In this document: positions 12,347 to 25,500 of the stretch, piece by piece
How the letters are laid out: every line of letters begins with the position of its first letter
Numbering within the stretch: the stretch's first letter is position 1
NCBI GenBank assembly: GCA_002633005.1
Contig: NMRA01000403.1
Location: 186,603 to 250,602 of the forward strand
Direction: 5' to 3'
DNA length: 64,000 nucleotides
Source of the DNA: Phoronis australis
Lineage: Eukaryota > Animalia > Phoronida
The notes under the pieces: generated by a model
Told to the model about the DNA's origin: nothing
The model's database searches: none
Seen by the model: only the letters and a program-made list of their open reading frames with translations
Translations under genes and position numbers: made by a program

Positions 12347-13002
12347 TGTGACGGGAGCGCCGTCTATTGGTGGAGCCGTGAGTGAGGACGAGTCGTCAGT
12401 TTAGTCTCAGAAGCTAGAGTGTGTTACTACTATATTTTAAAGGGGTGTAAGATGGTCAAGTCCTTATATGGAACTTCCGATGACGAAATTTTTAGTTCTA
12501 TTCTGATTGGTTTTCACATTTATCTTGAGACCCCTATTTTAGCGTAATTTGGAACATTCGCGGTGCGAATAAGCCTATAAAAATGGGCCCCACACGCTAA
12601 AACTTCGGATTTTGCCGGGTCTCGACTCTATCCGCAAGGAATCCCAACCAAACAACCTAACTGTTTGGGCCTTTTAAATTTGGATTTTGACGTTTTTAGC
12701 GAATTCTTCTTGTTTATAAATTCTTTGTGTGTTAAAAGTTAAAGCTGCGATGACGACGGAAGTTAGCGATGAGTTGTAAGTTTGTAGATCTGTGTTTCAT
12801 ATATATCGCATAATAAAATTCAGTATATTTATCTACTTCTCTCTTGTTTCACTCTCTATAAGTTGTCACCATGGTTCTCTCGTATGCGATTCGAACGAGT
12901 GAAAAAGTACACAACGCTGCAAATATTTTTATCGGCTACGAACAGTCGACATTTTAGAAACTAGGTAGATCGGTGCTGGTCGCTCCACCGATTCCCGTTA
13001 CA
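12347..13002 (+). mobile_element. Complete 656-bp Gypsy LTR (solo LTR, or 3' LTR of copy 2)
   Basis: TGTGACGGGA...TCCCGTTACA terminal inverted repeat, near-identical to 2853-3468 and 6087-6307. Flanks are CAAG/CAGG and there is no polypurine tract upstream. Confidence 0.9.
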
Positions 13003-16000
13003 CAGGGACCGAAATGTCTTACATCCCGTTTAGCAAGAAAAAATGTAACACCTCGAATCTAAATAGAGGGCCTCTACGGTGCTTGGGACCTGGTTCCAAG
13101 CTGCATGAGACCAAGGCGGTGCCGAAACGGGCGCAACGAAGGCCTCAGTAGTGCAGCGGGGGGACGGGTTTTGTGTGCCGCGCAGCACGGCCCGGGAATG
13201 AGCGTATGCTGCAGTACTGTTTAGAGTTAAATATAGTATAAAGATGTCTATGATAACAACACAGTACTGGTGTCACTGGTATTGGTGAAAGTTGCATTTA
13301 AAATCCGTGCATGTTACTACTAAGTTCAAAATAGGATCACTTGCGCAGAGTATACATTTGTTGTCTAACTGTATTGTCAGATAAAAGCCTAACCTGCCAC
13401 CTGTTGGCTGTCAATAACCTATTTAAGCAATGACTCATCGAAACTTCTGGAATTACCCACTGAGGAGTACTTTCAGTTCGCTGCGTAATATTCGCTGGAC
13501 GAAGAAGAACCGCAGGTATTCTAACGACCAGACATTGACCATGGCATCTAACAAGGAATCATGTCGTTTACATCTCGGTTGGGCAGAATTGGAAGAGGTG
13601 AGAGTTTTCTCAGAAATCATTTCATCTTTTCGCCCCTCCCCTGACATAGTCGTTGAAATCTTGTATGCTGAATATATTTATTTAGGGCGGGCTTTTGAAG
13701 TTTGATTGTTTAACCCGCGGCGTTATGTCGACGATCAGCGTGACTTTACAATCAACTTAATGGTTTGTTAAGTTAATGAACGTTTTGAGACCCACATTCA
13801 TGTCAATGTTGTTGGCAAAAGACATTTTAAGTTACACCCTTGTACTGTCGCAAAATGGCTTAATTCAGTCGCACTAGGAATTTCCCAATATCACCGCAGA
13901 GGAGGGGCGGAGCCTGGGTGAGTACCACTTCATAGAAAATAATAAAAGTCTACCTCTGCACGTTTGGTTTCATGCATGCCTTTTGCCAATGGACATTTAT
14001 AAAACTCGATTGTTGGCACAGACCAAACCATTGTTGTCACACCAAACCAACCATCAATCACTCCCTTCCTCAAGCCTGAAATTTTATGTCTTCCACCGGT
14101 TTATGCACTTATTTCACAAGCTGGTCGCCATTTTTTTTCTTGTCTCAACTCAAAAATTCTATTTGGTTGCCAACGTGTGTTTAGAAGGTGTGGTTTGAGC
14201 TGTTATGACTGTCTGGAAATAGCAAGATCAGTGTAGCCCTCACCTGGACTCGGCCTGATCCCCTCGATCCAGATTGTCATTGCAAATAAAATGTCAGGCT
14301 GAAGATATCCTTACATTCTAAAAATGTAGATGGGAGAATAACTCTATACGCATGTTACGGTAGTGGAGCGTTAACTCCTAGAGTATACTTTCACTTCTGG
14401 GTAAGACTGACTTCAGTGATGTCACAGTTTTCGCCAGGTGTATTGTAAACGAGACTGGTTAAGGTGACCGTCTATATTTTCACTAAGGTCGTGTTCTTCA
14501 AATAACTTTCTCACCGAACGCCTTTTGTCAAGCTCAAGAAAAGGGCTGTGAATGTAGACTCACAAGTATTCACGGTTCATGGCATTTGTGCGTTGTTGAG
14601 TGTAGGTCTGTGTGCGCATTTCATAGTGGAACGTTAATTACTGCATTCTACGTTCACTTCTGAGAAGACCAGCCTCAGTGTTAACTACGCGATAGGATCT
14701 CGGCTATGAAGCAAGACCTCGCGAGGCAAGACCGCTCTCATTGGTTAATGTCAACCGTCCAGTTGTCCTAATTTAGGTCATGTTCTATAAATAACGTTAT
14801 GCCACTGTATACCAAGCCAAGAAAAACAATGAATGTTGACTGGCGCTCACACTGTCCATGACAACTCATGTACAAGCTCGCGATAAATCAATCAATTGTT
14901 TGCTTTCACATGATGCATTATGCGTAGAACGTTATCATTTGTTACCGGGTCAAATGCATCAGGTTCATATTGTACGGTGTCTCAGTAGGCCTACATGTAG
15001 TACTTGCGTAAGCGACATGTCCGTGCTAGTGCTTTAGATCCTGGAAAGTGAGGAAGTTTTTTAATGTAATGTAACGTACCCCTTTCTTGCCAATAGGCTC
15101 TACATGTCCCTTTTTCACCTCGGTCGGAGTTCAACTTAGTTGTTTGTCAACTACCGTATACTTATTCGCATGTGCCCCTATATATTCAATGCATATCGAT
15201 GTAAACCTCAGTCTTTGAAGTAGAGTGTACTATAAGTTTGCAGACACGTAACCGGTCTTTCACTTCATGATGCCTTACCCGCTAGTGACCTATGAATTCC
15301 CATATTCAAGAAGTCGGCATATCCTGCACTAGTAGTCAACATTTTTAAACACACATAGAAGTCCGTCATGACGTTTTTAAACTCACATAAAATTCCGTTT
15401 TGGTGTTTTACTTATGGTTGTGATTGCATTTCCGAGTCTCATCTTTGGTAAACAATGAAGTGGTTTTGTTCGTCAATATATGGCATACACGTAGTGAAAA
15501 TGTAAGCTTCCGTATAGCGAACGAGACGTTTTTTTAACAAAACCAGATTAGTACATAGGAACCATTCACTAATTGTCTTTACTTGTTATGCTAAGACGAA
15601 TTATATCAGGCTGCTTCCTCGATGTCTTTCACCCGTTTGTTGATCAATCATAATTGAGAGAGGGGATGCTTGACAAATGGGATTGATTCAGGTGAACAAA
15701 TTAGGATACTCATTCATTTTGATATAGGACTTGAAAAAGGGGCCGATTTACGAGGCAGAAGCTTCAATGAAAATGTTATCTTTCAGAACCTACTTTTTTC
15801 GTAAGAGTTTATGTACAGCTGCGTTTTTATTTATTGATCCTGATTGCAACCGAACAATGAGTGCAGCTGTTGCAACAAAAACTTGTCAATATAACATTGA
15901 CGTTTGATATTGGATATTGGAGCCCAATCTTTCCAGTTAAGTCTCGTACTTGAAAGTAAGTCGTTTTAAGGGTAATCAAGTCGGAAAAGGTTTTGTAGGA

Positions 16001-16047
16001 ATTATAAGAAAAAAGTCTCATTTAAAAGAGATTTTGATGGAAATAAA

Positions 16048-16302
16048 NNNNNNNNNNNNNNNNNNNNNNNNNNNNNNNNNNNNNNNNNNNNNNNNNNNNN
16101 NNNNNNNNNNNNNNNNNNNNNNNNNNNNNNNNNNNNNNNNNNNNNNNNNNNNNNNNNNNNNNNNNNNNNNNNNNNNNNNNNNNNNNNNNNNNNNNNNNNN
16201 NNNNNNNNNNNNNNNNNNNNNNNNNNNNNNNNNNNNNNNNNNNNNNNNNNNNNNNNNNNNNNNNNNNNNNNNNNNNNNNNNNNNNNNNNNNNNNNNNNNN
16301 NN
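16048..16302. other. Assembly gap
   Basis: Run of N. Confidence 1.
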
Positions 16303-16834
16303 GACTGTACTTTCCTTAAGCAAATATATATATTTTTTTCAGTGGCTTTTTCATAACAAATCCTGGAATGCCAATAACCCAAAAACTTGACTTTTGTTGA
16401 ATCAGGCGACCTTGAGGTACCGGCTAACACGCTCAGTTTGCCCTTTACTTAGTTATCAACAAAATAATTTGTATAACCACTATTAACTAGAACTCACTTA
16501 TGCTCTGGATTTCAGCTTTTGATGTAATCCAGTCAAATGATATACGGAGCGCCCTATTGAGGTAACTTTTCAGATACTGTCGAGATAAGCACTTAGGGCC
16601 TTTATATCTAAGATTGTCTCTCATGTTGCCATTGACACGAAACAAGGGGTAGAACCTGACGGTGTACCAACTGTATGTCTATTGATTATCTGAGTGGTGT
16701 ACGTATGTTGAAAAACATTGTAAAATATAATGTTATGGTCGACTTTCAAGATAAATTGAATGTAATTATTCATTATCACAATTAACATAAGTCACGAAAC
16801 CACGAAGCATATTGTATGTGTACTGCATGTAAGA

Positions 16835-17109
16835 TACTCATTTTGATTATGAATTAGTCAGACAAGTCCGATCATTGGGAAAATATGCTGGGTAATGTAA
16901 TCAATCTTTATGTGCCGAACAAAGACAACTCGCATTTTTACATCGACATTGATAAACTTATTTTTGAATTCAGAAATAATACATGTAGATATTTACCGGG
17001 ACTTGAATTTATTCCAAATCTATGTATTAGGGTGCAGCAATCATACCAGAATAATGCGACTGCCAGAGATGAATTTCTAAACTTAGTGAATACTATACTA
17101 CAGCAGTAG
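16835..17109 (+). pseudogene. Relic of L1/Tx1-type LINE APE endonuclease
   Basis: INLYVPNKD..F, a frameshifted GDLN-like motif and NN.TARDEFLNL resemble the NVYAPN..GDFN region of L1-clade endonucleases. Confidence 0.5.
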
Positions 17110-18903
17110 GTACGAATAGCGTATTGTTTTAAATAGCTTATTTTTAAACTAAATAAACAAAAATAATTTTCGAACCTGAAAATTGGACAGCCTATATTAA
17201 TAGAGGTTCCACCCAAGGTCACCAAGAGTAGAGGCTCCTGTACTAACATGGGGAGCCCCGTTCGAGGACCACCACCAGCAGGGGCTAACTGTATTATTAT
17301 AGAAGACTCCATCTCTTCGTGTGCTGGTGCAGTGGTGTAGTGGGGGATAAATATACACAGACACAGAGCACCACCATTTTATGTTAGTCTACGCACTGTA
17401 AGTTACGGAATCGTGAGGCGTAGACGCACGCAGACGCAAAACCCAACGTTATTTGCTTTGAACGTAGAGCTTATTTTCAGTGCTAGAACACTTCATTCTA
17501 CAGCACGTCAACCCGGCAAAATTCAAGCTATACTGCTGCTGATGATTTCAAATGTTTCTTTGGGCTCGACGTTCGTTGGTTTAGCAAGTGAGTTCTGCGC
17601 GAAACCATGTCAGTATGGAGATCGCTGAAAGATGAAATCGTCATTGTCATATTGGCCAATCAAAAAGAAGCCACGATTCCACGGATAAAAACGTTTCCTC
17701 GACTCACGTTATACTTGGAAAGTTTTATCATCTTTCAGGTTCTTGGCTTATGCTGACTGAATTGTCAAACCAGCTGTGTCTGGGTCTAAAACCCATGCCA
17801 ATCACAATACTACTAAACTTTCACGTGACTGACAGGCTTTTGCCACTGCACTATCGTGTGTCCATAAAATAGGATTGGGTTCCTTTAACTGAAGGGGAAC
17901 ATTAATAAATGGACTGGTGTGGCAGAAAACCCTCCAAATTGAAGATTATCTTAGGACGCTATCGACTTGTAGGTGAATTTAGTCAAATATCTACAAAATT
18001 GCATGTTTAACTTAGTAAACGTCCCTATATGAAAGTAGAATTTGATTCTTGCTTTGATACCAATTTGAAATAATGGGTTCTTGTCGTTTTAGAAAACTTT
18101 CCCATGAAACCTACATTCATAGCAAAACTACATGTACGGTATCAATAACATTACTGAATTCTGTTTGGTATCAATGTACACCATAAATTAAAGTCTCAAA
18201 AAATGTACTGCAGTTTAATTTGTAAATTATAATTTCCTTTTAGTTTTATGCCCCTTTCGTTTTTTGCAAAACAATTAATCACAATTAGTAACAAGATTTT
18301 GGAGAACAGCGCATCAGTTAGTATGTCTGAGAGATTCATATGAATCCGATGACACATACCATATGTGAGATATGGTATTCCAACGTGAGCAAGATTTGGA
18401 CCATATTTCGAGGGTCTCAAATAACCTTAAGCAAAGAACGGGCAAGAATCAAGAACAAACAGTAAAAAAGAAATACCGACGACAGGTAATTAGAAAAAAT
18501 GGGAACTGGCATAACACGGAGAACTTATTGTTACGAGCAAGGTGGCAAGGAGGAAGGGGGTGGGGGGGTGACAAAACAGGTAGAGTGAGGGCGGGGACAT
18601 TGATTAAAGTCGAGTGATGGTGTTATGTCGCAGGGAGGATGTAAGTCAAAGGACACGTCAAGTTAAAATCCAATATTTGGTGAAATAAAGGATGTGAGTT
18701 CCACGTTGTCTGCGTTTCTTACAGTCCAAAATTCTAGGCTCACGTTGATTCACGGAGTTTCGCGGGTTTTCAGTCCCTCACTATTCATCGCTGCAGCACT
18801 GCTGATACAAGGTTATAATAAAGGTGGTGGTCCACGTTGACTCATTTGTTAAACCCACCCAGTCGCTTTAAATGCTGTCAGTATTTCTATGATTTGTTAT
18901 GAC

Positions 18904-18925
18904 GACAACAACAACAACAACAACA
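18904..18925. repeat. (CAA)n microsatellite
   Basis: gacaacaacaacaacaacaacaa. Confidence 0.8.
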
Positions 18926-19302
18926 AGATGACGCCACAAAATCCTTAATAAATATATACCCGAGCCGATACCTCAACGACAAACACACTCCGAGAGGCTA
19001 CATGTACGTGAATGAGCAAATAACAACTCGAGACGATGCCCCCTAAATGGTACCGAAGGGCAAAATACCTACCCCAAGACAATGTTTGAGATGGCAGGAT
19101 ATCAACTGCAGTAGGCAGCACGCTGAAATTGAACATAATAGGTGGAAATGAAAGTGGTGGTAAACTGGTTTCAGTAGGTGAAATGGACACGAAGGTCAAC
19201 GTGGACACAATGAGTCAGAAGGAGACCGATACATGTGTTTCTCGTTTGAAAAGTGTTTCGTATCAAAAGTATCTATAAAATCTTTGTTCATATGGTCTTC
19301 AG

Positions 19303-19369
19303 CGTCAAGATCCATGAGCAACCCGAGCCCTCACGGACTGTTCATATCATCTACGAAAGCTCTCGGCTT
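19303..19369 (+). CDS. Candidate upstream exon of the ankyrin gene (VKIHEQPEPSRTVHIIYESSRL)
   Basis: Borders TTCAG|...|GTAAGG. It ends in phase 0 and joins to give RL-VRSAAENG. An alternative donor or start nearby cannot be excluded. Confidence 0.35.
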
Positions 19370-19441
19370 GTAAGGATGATTCCATGCTGGTAGTGAATGT
19401 AGACTATGTGATTTCAAATCTGTTTTTGTTATTATTTTCAG

Positions 19442-19531
19442 GTTCGATCAGCTGCAGAAAATGGAAATTGTTCTGAACTTGTGAAATATATAAAACGTGG
19501 GTGGGATGTGGACCAAGAACTTAATCCGTAT
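19442..19531 (+). CDS. Ankyrin exon 1 (N-cap): VRSAAENGNCSELVKYIKRGWDVDQELNPY
   Basis: TTTTCAG acceptor, GTGAGT donor, 90 nt. Splices in frame to GTALH at 38814. Confidence 0.75.
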
Positions 19532-22500
19532 GTGAGTATTCACACATAAACGCTCGTATGATCATCATTGGCTTGAAGTGCACCTTTTTAAAGAAATGAC
19601 CATTGTTACACGTTCATCAGAATGGCATTGCTTTCCTGGTTTTATGTTGAATATTTCTATATCAACACTCTATACTGTTAACCAAAGCAACAGGTGAACA
19701 TCGTAGTAACATTACAACAGTAATAACAAAATATTCACATTTAGCTGCAAAAGTTGTAAATATGGCAGATGTTTTTCTTGATTTACGGTAGTACGTCGGT
19801 GAAAAAAAATTAATCAATTTATCGTATAAAGACCGTTTAGTATGGAAATGCTGGCAACTTTACTAAGGAGCACTTTATAGACGCTATTGGGACAGTCATG
19901 AGAATCAGTGATCAAAAAATATTTTTACCATGGAACGCTATTAATTTTTCCTGCAATATCGTCGACTGTCTCCAGGGTCCGCCTGAAGGATCCCGAAAAC
20001 GATCGATGATAGTGCAAACAATTAGAAACTGGCCGATTTGGGCAGACCACAGTCGCACCGGAGAGACAGTCTTTGAAAAGTGGGTCCGATTTTTTTAGAG
20101 TTTAACAATAATCTTGACCTGAATCTGTTGACAGATTTCGATATAGGACTACAGGAAGAAAGACGTTATTCATTAAGAAAAAGTATGGTATAAAATGAAT
20201 TTAGTAATGCTATATAATTTCTAAATTCCGTGTGTAAATTGGGAGGGTGTGACATGTATCTATGCCTTGGTTATTGTGGATTTACGAGTGGCTCGACTGT
20301 AAGATGGCGGAACTAAGGAAGGCATGCCTGAAAGAGACCCCGGTAGAGATCGGTAGCCGTCTCGGGCTTCGAAAAACTGTCCAAATTCACGTGTTCTTTT
20401 TTAAAATACACGGCGTAATCTCGCGAATGGCCTAGCGAGTTTCTAGCGTTATTGAACTCTACCCAGATCGAGTGGTATTCGAATTTTGTTTTGCTTATGT
20501 CATTTACTTTGTTGAGAACTTGAGGTGTTATTACCTAAATGCATTTTTCATTGCAATTGCATTTTGGACGACAAGGTTTTTGACTATATTCGACCCTTTC
20601 ATGACACCAGTAATGATTATTGCAAGCTTGATAATATAGTCTGTCTAGCTCAAGCAAAAGTTCCCGCACAATTTACATGTACTTGGTGCATTATATCACC
20701 ATAGTCAAAACGTTTAAATCGTATGTACTTATCAGACGATTCAAAGCTTGCATTAAAGATGCGATACACTGTCAGTAAGTTGATTAGATTTTTTTCTTGC
20801 GCACGGACTCGTCAGTGGGGTTTAAATGGCATTTCATCATCTTCTATTATGATTAGATTTCTTTACCAGTGCTTTTGGGTAATAATTTCACCATCCAGAC
20901 TCAAATAAGAATAGGCCTGTGTACAATTGGGGATTCTAGACTAACACATCATCTCAGCCTTGAAGTTTACATGTGTGTGCCTTTTACGAGTACTGAGCTT
21001 AACCAAGATTCAGTTGTAGTTGGTTCTTGGGATGGTTTCGAGATTTGGATAAAATTTGACTCTATCACTGACTATGTCATGGGTGCTTTTGGAAGTCTGT
21101 AATTGATGTAGAGAATAAAAGGGAGACCAGTTTTCCGTACCCCTTCATAAACAAAACCTGGTTTAGAAAATACGTCATCTACAAGTGGTCGTGCTACCCG
21201 AATCGATAGATACATTTACATGTCATGTGGGAAGTGAAGAGTGTATGCATAGTATGCAATATTCGATAAAAGACAAATTTGTAACAGAAGAGATCTTTTG
21301 AAACCTTGTCAAATGGGGATTAATTATCCAACATTAAACCCAATTTTTATATTGTTATCGTATCTCATGAACAACTATAAACAGGAGAGATGTAGTACTC
21401 TTTTCACTCATAAACCAAAGTGAAATAAAGTTATTGAAAATGAGGTTCTTGTACATTTCATTCACTTTTAAAGAAAGACTGCTGCAGTGATTCTGAATTC
21501 TTTTCTAATTGGGTACCATAATCCCAGTTTCAAATAGAAGGGTACTAGGCTCCTGTCGGTAGAATTTTGTTGAATAAATTAATGATCAGTAGAGGCATAT
21601 CTTTATATTGGTGTAATTATTTATTTGTTATATAGTCGTAGCAATCACCTTTTTACATGAATGTTTAATCGATTGATGCATATTGGAACACACGACACGT
21701 TTTGTTATTGACAGTCTTTATTCCGCTTCGTTCATACATGTATGTTCAGAATAAAACTCTACACTCAACGGAACATAGATGAAGTGACTGACATACCGAC
21801 ACAATTGACTTATCCCCAGGATTTTGGGTGACGGCTTACTGACCAATCAGAATGCAGCATTCTTGAAACACCGTCGTTTCCAAGCTGCCATTTTACCCCA
21901 TTAACAACACGTCGCCAGGTAAAATTTATTGTTTGTTTGTCGACATTTCGCAAGGGGTGGAACTTGCGATAGGTCAATCAAAAGGTATACCTAACACGAT
22001 ATTTCGAAACAACCGGGGTACTTGTTTCATTCTCAAGTGTATATAATATGACGCAGCAATGCCACCACAGAGCATAAGCTGGATACTTACACAGTGGGAC
22101 ACGGCAGCTGTGAAACACTGCAAAGAATGACAAATGAAGTGGGGTAAAGAGAAAGTCACGCAACCAACTGTAACGTGCGGCGCGACCCTGTTTGCTGCTC
22201 ATTCAAAACAGGCGTGCGTTCAGTAACGCTAGGACCTACGCTAGGACCTAGCTAAAATCTAGCCAAAGTCACGTGTTCTCATTTAAAATACACGGCCATA
22301 TCTCACGTAATTTCACGAAGTCTTGCTTTTTAGGGAGGTCCTAGCGTTACTGAACGGGAGGCTGGCTTCTTAATTGCAATCAAGAGTGATTAGAATACTT
22401 TCGATTGCAGCACATCGTGCTCTACGTACCGAATTGACGTGCTTTCCACAATTTCTTCACGGGTGATTTTACGTTCGTGACGTTGCAAAAATTGATCTAG

Positions 22501-25500
22501 GATGATTTTCTAGTAAAGTTGTGACATTTGGTAGGGTCTCTTCGACTTGGAAATTTGGCAAATGATCTGGACTGTTTGCAAACAAATGGTATTTTAATAC
22601 CCACATCTTAAAAGATGTTGCTTTGTTTGTGAAGTAATCCAAGCAAAGAGCACATAAACTACATGTACGATTGGTATCTCCCATCTGGTGATTTTATAAT
22701 AAGACATAAGTTAATTTTGTTCGCCTTGCCAAATCAGTGAACCAAAAGTCGTCTCAAACCATTCTGTAAGCATGTTACACAACATGCACGGTGTCTGCAC
22801 TTGAAAAGAAGCCAAAACGAGTACAAAAAATATTAGAATACAATTTAGTTTTGACGGAATTGGTAAACCCGCCTAAAATTTACCATTTCAACTCAATGGT
22901 AGGTTACACCTCTCGTTCTTTGTCACATTATAGACTAATTGATATGGTGCATGCATGCAACCAGCTTAAAAATTGAGGGCTCCAATTTTGAGAATGGGTA
23001 CCTTTTATTGAAAGAAACAGGGTACATGTACGTTCACAGCTATGAATTGGGCATTCGCTGAATTTAGTTGGTTCCTGTCTTATCAGTGGCCTTTTGTCTC
23101 GTTTTTTCTGAGTTTTTGTTTCTCTGAGGCGGAATAAGGCTCAACATTTAAAAAGAATAGTATGAGATGTGACATTAATTCAGCCCACGAGTCTTGATCA
23201 CTGTGGATTAAAGTGTTTCTTACGTTTTAAATTATTTTAAAAAATGCGATAATCGTCATCTTCAATCCATCATGTCATAGACAATCCTTTCTAAGCAAAA
23301 TCAGGCGAAGAATGGATGCAGTGAAAAAAGCTTCAATCTATACACTATCGTGTACAACTGGCAGCATTTTAGACCAATATGAAAAGAAAGAAAATAATGC
23401 TTACTTCTAGCGTCAGGTTTACATTGGACACAAAGTGTAAGAGGTCCGAATACAGCTTCACCAAACACAGACAGTTTTATCAAAATTGAGGTTCAAGTCT
23501 GAGAATTTGCAGACTGGTCGACTAGTGAGAGTGATGACTTGAGTGAACTTTCATAGCCTTCGAAAAGAGCAACATCATCAGTATATTGCAACAGTTTGCA
23601 CTCCGTATTTTCAAATTCGTTTCCTTTGCATCATGATTTTTTCCTGAACAATATCTGGAGAAAGATGTCACAAGTGCAACAAATTGCACTAGTTTAAACA
23701 ACGTCCAGACAGCACCCCAAATCTTGCAGCAACTCCATTCCAAGAATAACATATTCTACAACAGTGTTGTATGTGGATGGCTCTGATGCCTACTGCTCTC
23801 TGCATATAACCAAAATCAGGAGACAGAGTCTACAACCGCGGTTGGTTGAAAAGAGTTCAGAAAATATATAATATTGCATTATAACAAGATTTGAATTATG
23901 TAATAGTGCTTCAAACCAACTTCTAGTATATTCGTGAACAAGAATTATTTGTCTCATAAAATTCAAGCGCGCACCCAGGGGGAGTGAGCCTCCCATTTGG
24001 CGAAGTGGACTAAAAGGTCCGCCTCAGAGAAACAAAAAGTCCGAGAAAATGAGACAAAAAGTCCACTAAGAAGGCACAAACGTACAATTCACATCTCTGG
24101 GCGTGGTACCCCGTTTTTTTAGTCTTTTGGCTTTTTTGTATGTAAAAGGTCCACATCCTCTGAAATTCGAGCCCCCCATATTAAAGGCTGGGTGCGCGCA
24201 TGAAAATGATTGGAAGCAGTAGTGCAAGGAAGGCATGTATATTCTCCGATTTAACGTCCCGCCAAATAGACCTTTTGATCATCAGGGAGTAACTGCGTTT
24301 TAACTCGATCGGCAACAACACCTGAAAAACATGCACTAAGCAAAAAGAAGAGTTTCCAATTTCGTTAGCTTATAACGATTGTTTTTCTTCTCAGGAATGA
24401 GCGTGTTTATATCTTGACCCTGTAATTTAGTGGGTCGCCTGTTTCAACTACAGGTGTAGTTAGCAGTTCTCTGTAACATAGGTAGCAATGATTTTCAGAA
24501 AATAACATCCATTGGAAATCCATCTAACCAGGGAGGTTTTTCGTATATTCACAGTTTTTAGGTCTTCCTTAGTAAATACAGACCCAACCTTTGCTAACTT
24601 TACGTAATTTTGGAACGACGGTTGCCGATGTTGGTGCTTTCTCACCTGACACACGCCCTTGTCTACAGTCAGGTTTCTGGGTCGCGGTTATTAGTATCCT
24701 ATCCCAGACCAGTACTTGTTCGACAGACAACTATAAATTGATAAGAAAAATCACATAAATTGATGAAGCTATAGCAAATATTCCACTGAACACCATGTAA
24801 TAACCTCTAACAAATTTGTGTAAGGAACAAACGAAATAAAGAGGACAGAGGAGACATCAATACCAGGTGAACACGAAATACAGTTGGATTCTAATATCAA
24901 AATAGGTTAATGACTGGAGAAAAAAGTTCCTGAGGGTGAATATCGGTTGTAAAACCTTTTGCAAAGAGAGCATTGGGAAAAAAGGCACGGGGAACACCTT
25001 CAAATTAATATGTAAGCGGGTAACAAATGCTCTAAAAACCCATATTTATATAAACCCGTTGAAACCATTTTTACCTAAATTAACCTTCTGTGCAAGACCT
25101 CTGTCTAGTCAAAGAATCCAAACCCTAATTTTTAAGTTGTTCCGTGAGTTGAAATGACGACGCGTGCTCCGATTTAAAAAGCAGCGCTTTGCACGGCAGT
25201 TCTCACGTGCACACGTGTTAGCTACAGTGAAACACTTGTTTGAAGTATTTAAAGGGGCATTCATTAATCACGATGAAACGATCAGATTTCAGGTGTACAA
25301 TTCCGATTTGACCTTGCGTATTTCGTCATGATGATTCCGACTGAAGCTGCTGATAAATATTTATCTGACGTAGTATTAATACGTACAGGCTAGGTTTTTG
25401 ACAGAAGATTTGTAGAAAATCCCAGCAGTTAAGGACAAACGACGTGATGGTTGTTCACAGATTCCGGATGAGCTGTTCTAAGTAACATCGATCACGTAAA

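Noticed and set aside
2853-13002. Single three-LTR tandem retroelement
   Set aside because: The copies are separated by n joins (3577, 6086) and a gap, and the outer flanks (CTTC vs CAGG) do not form a TSD. They may be two haplotypes plus a solo LTR.
19090-19278. ~62 open codons (DGRISTAVG...YQKYL) just upstream of the ankyrin exons
   Set aside because: It is preceded by a stop and has no convincing splice sites in the needed phase, so it cannot be supported as an exon.
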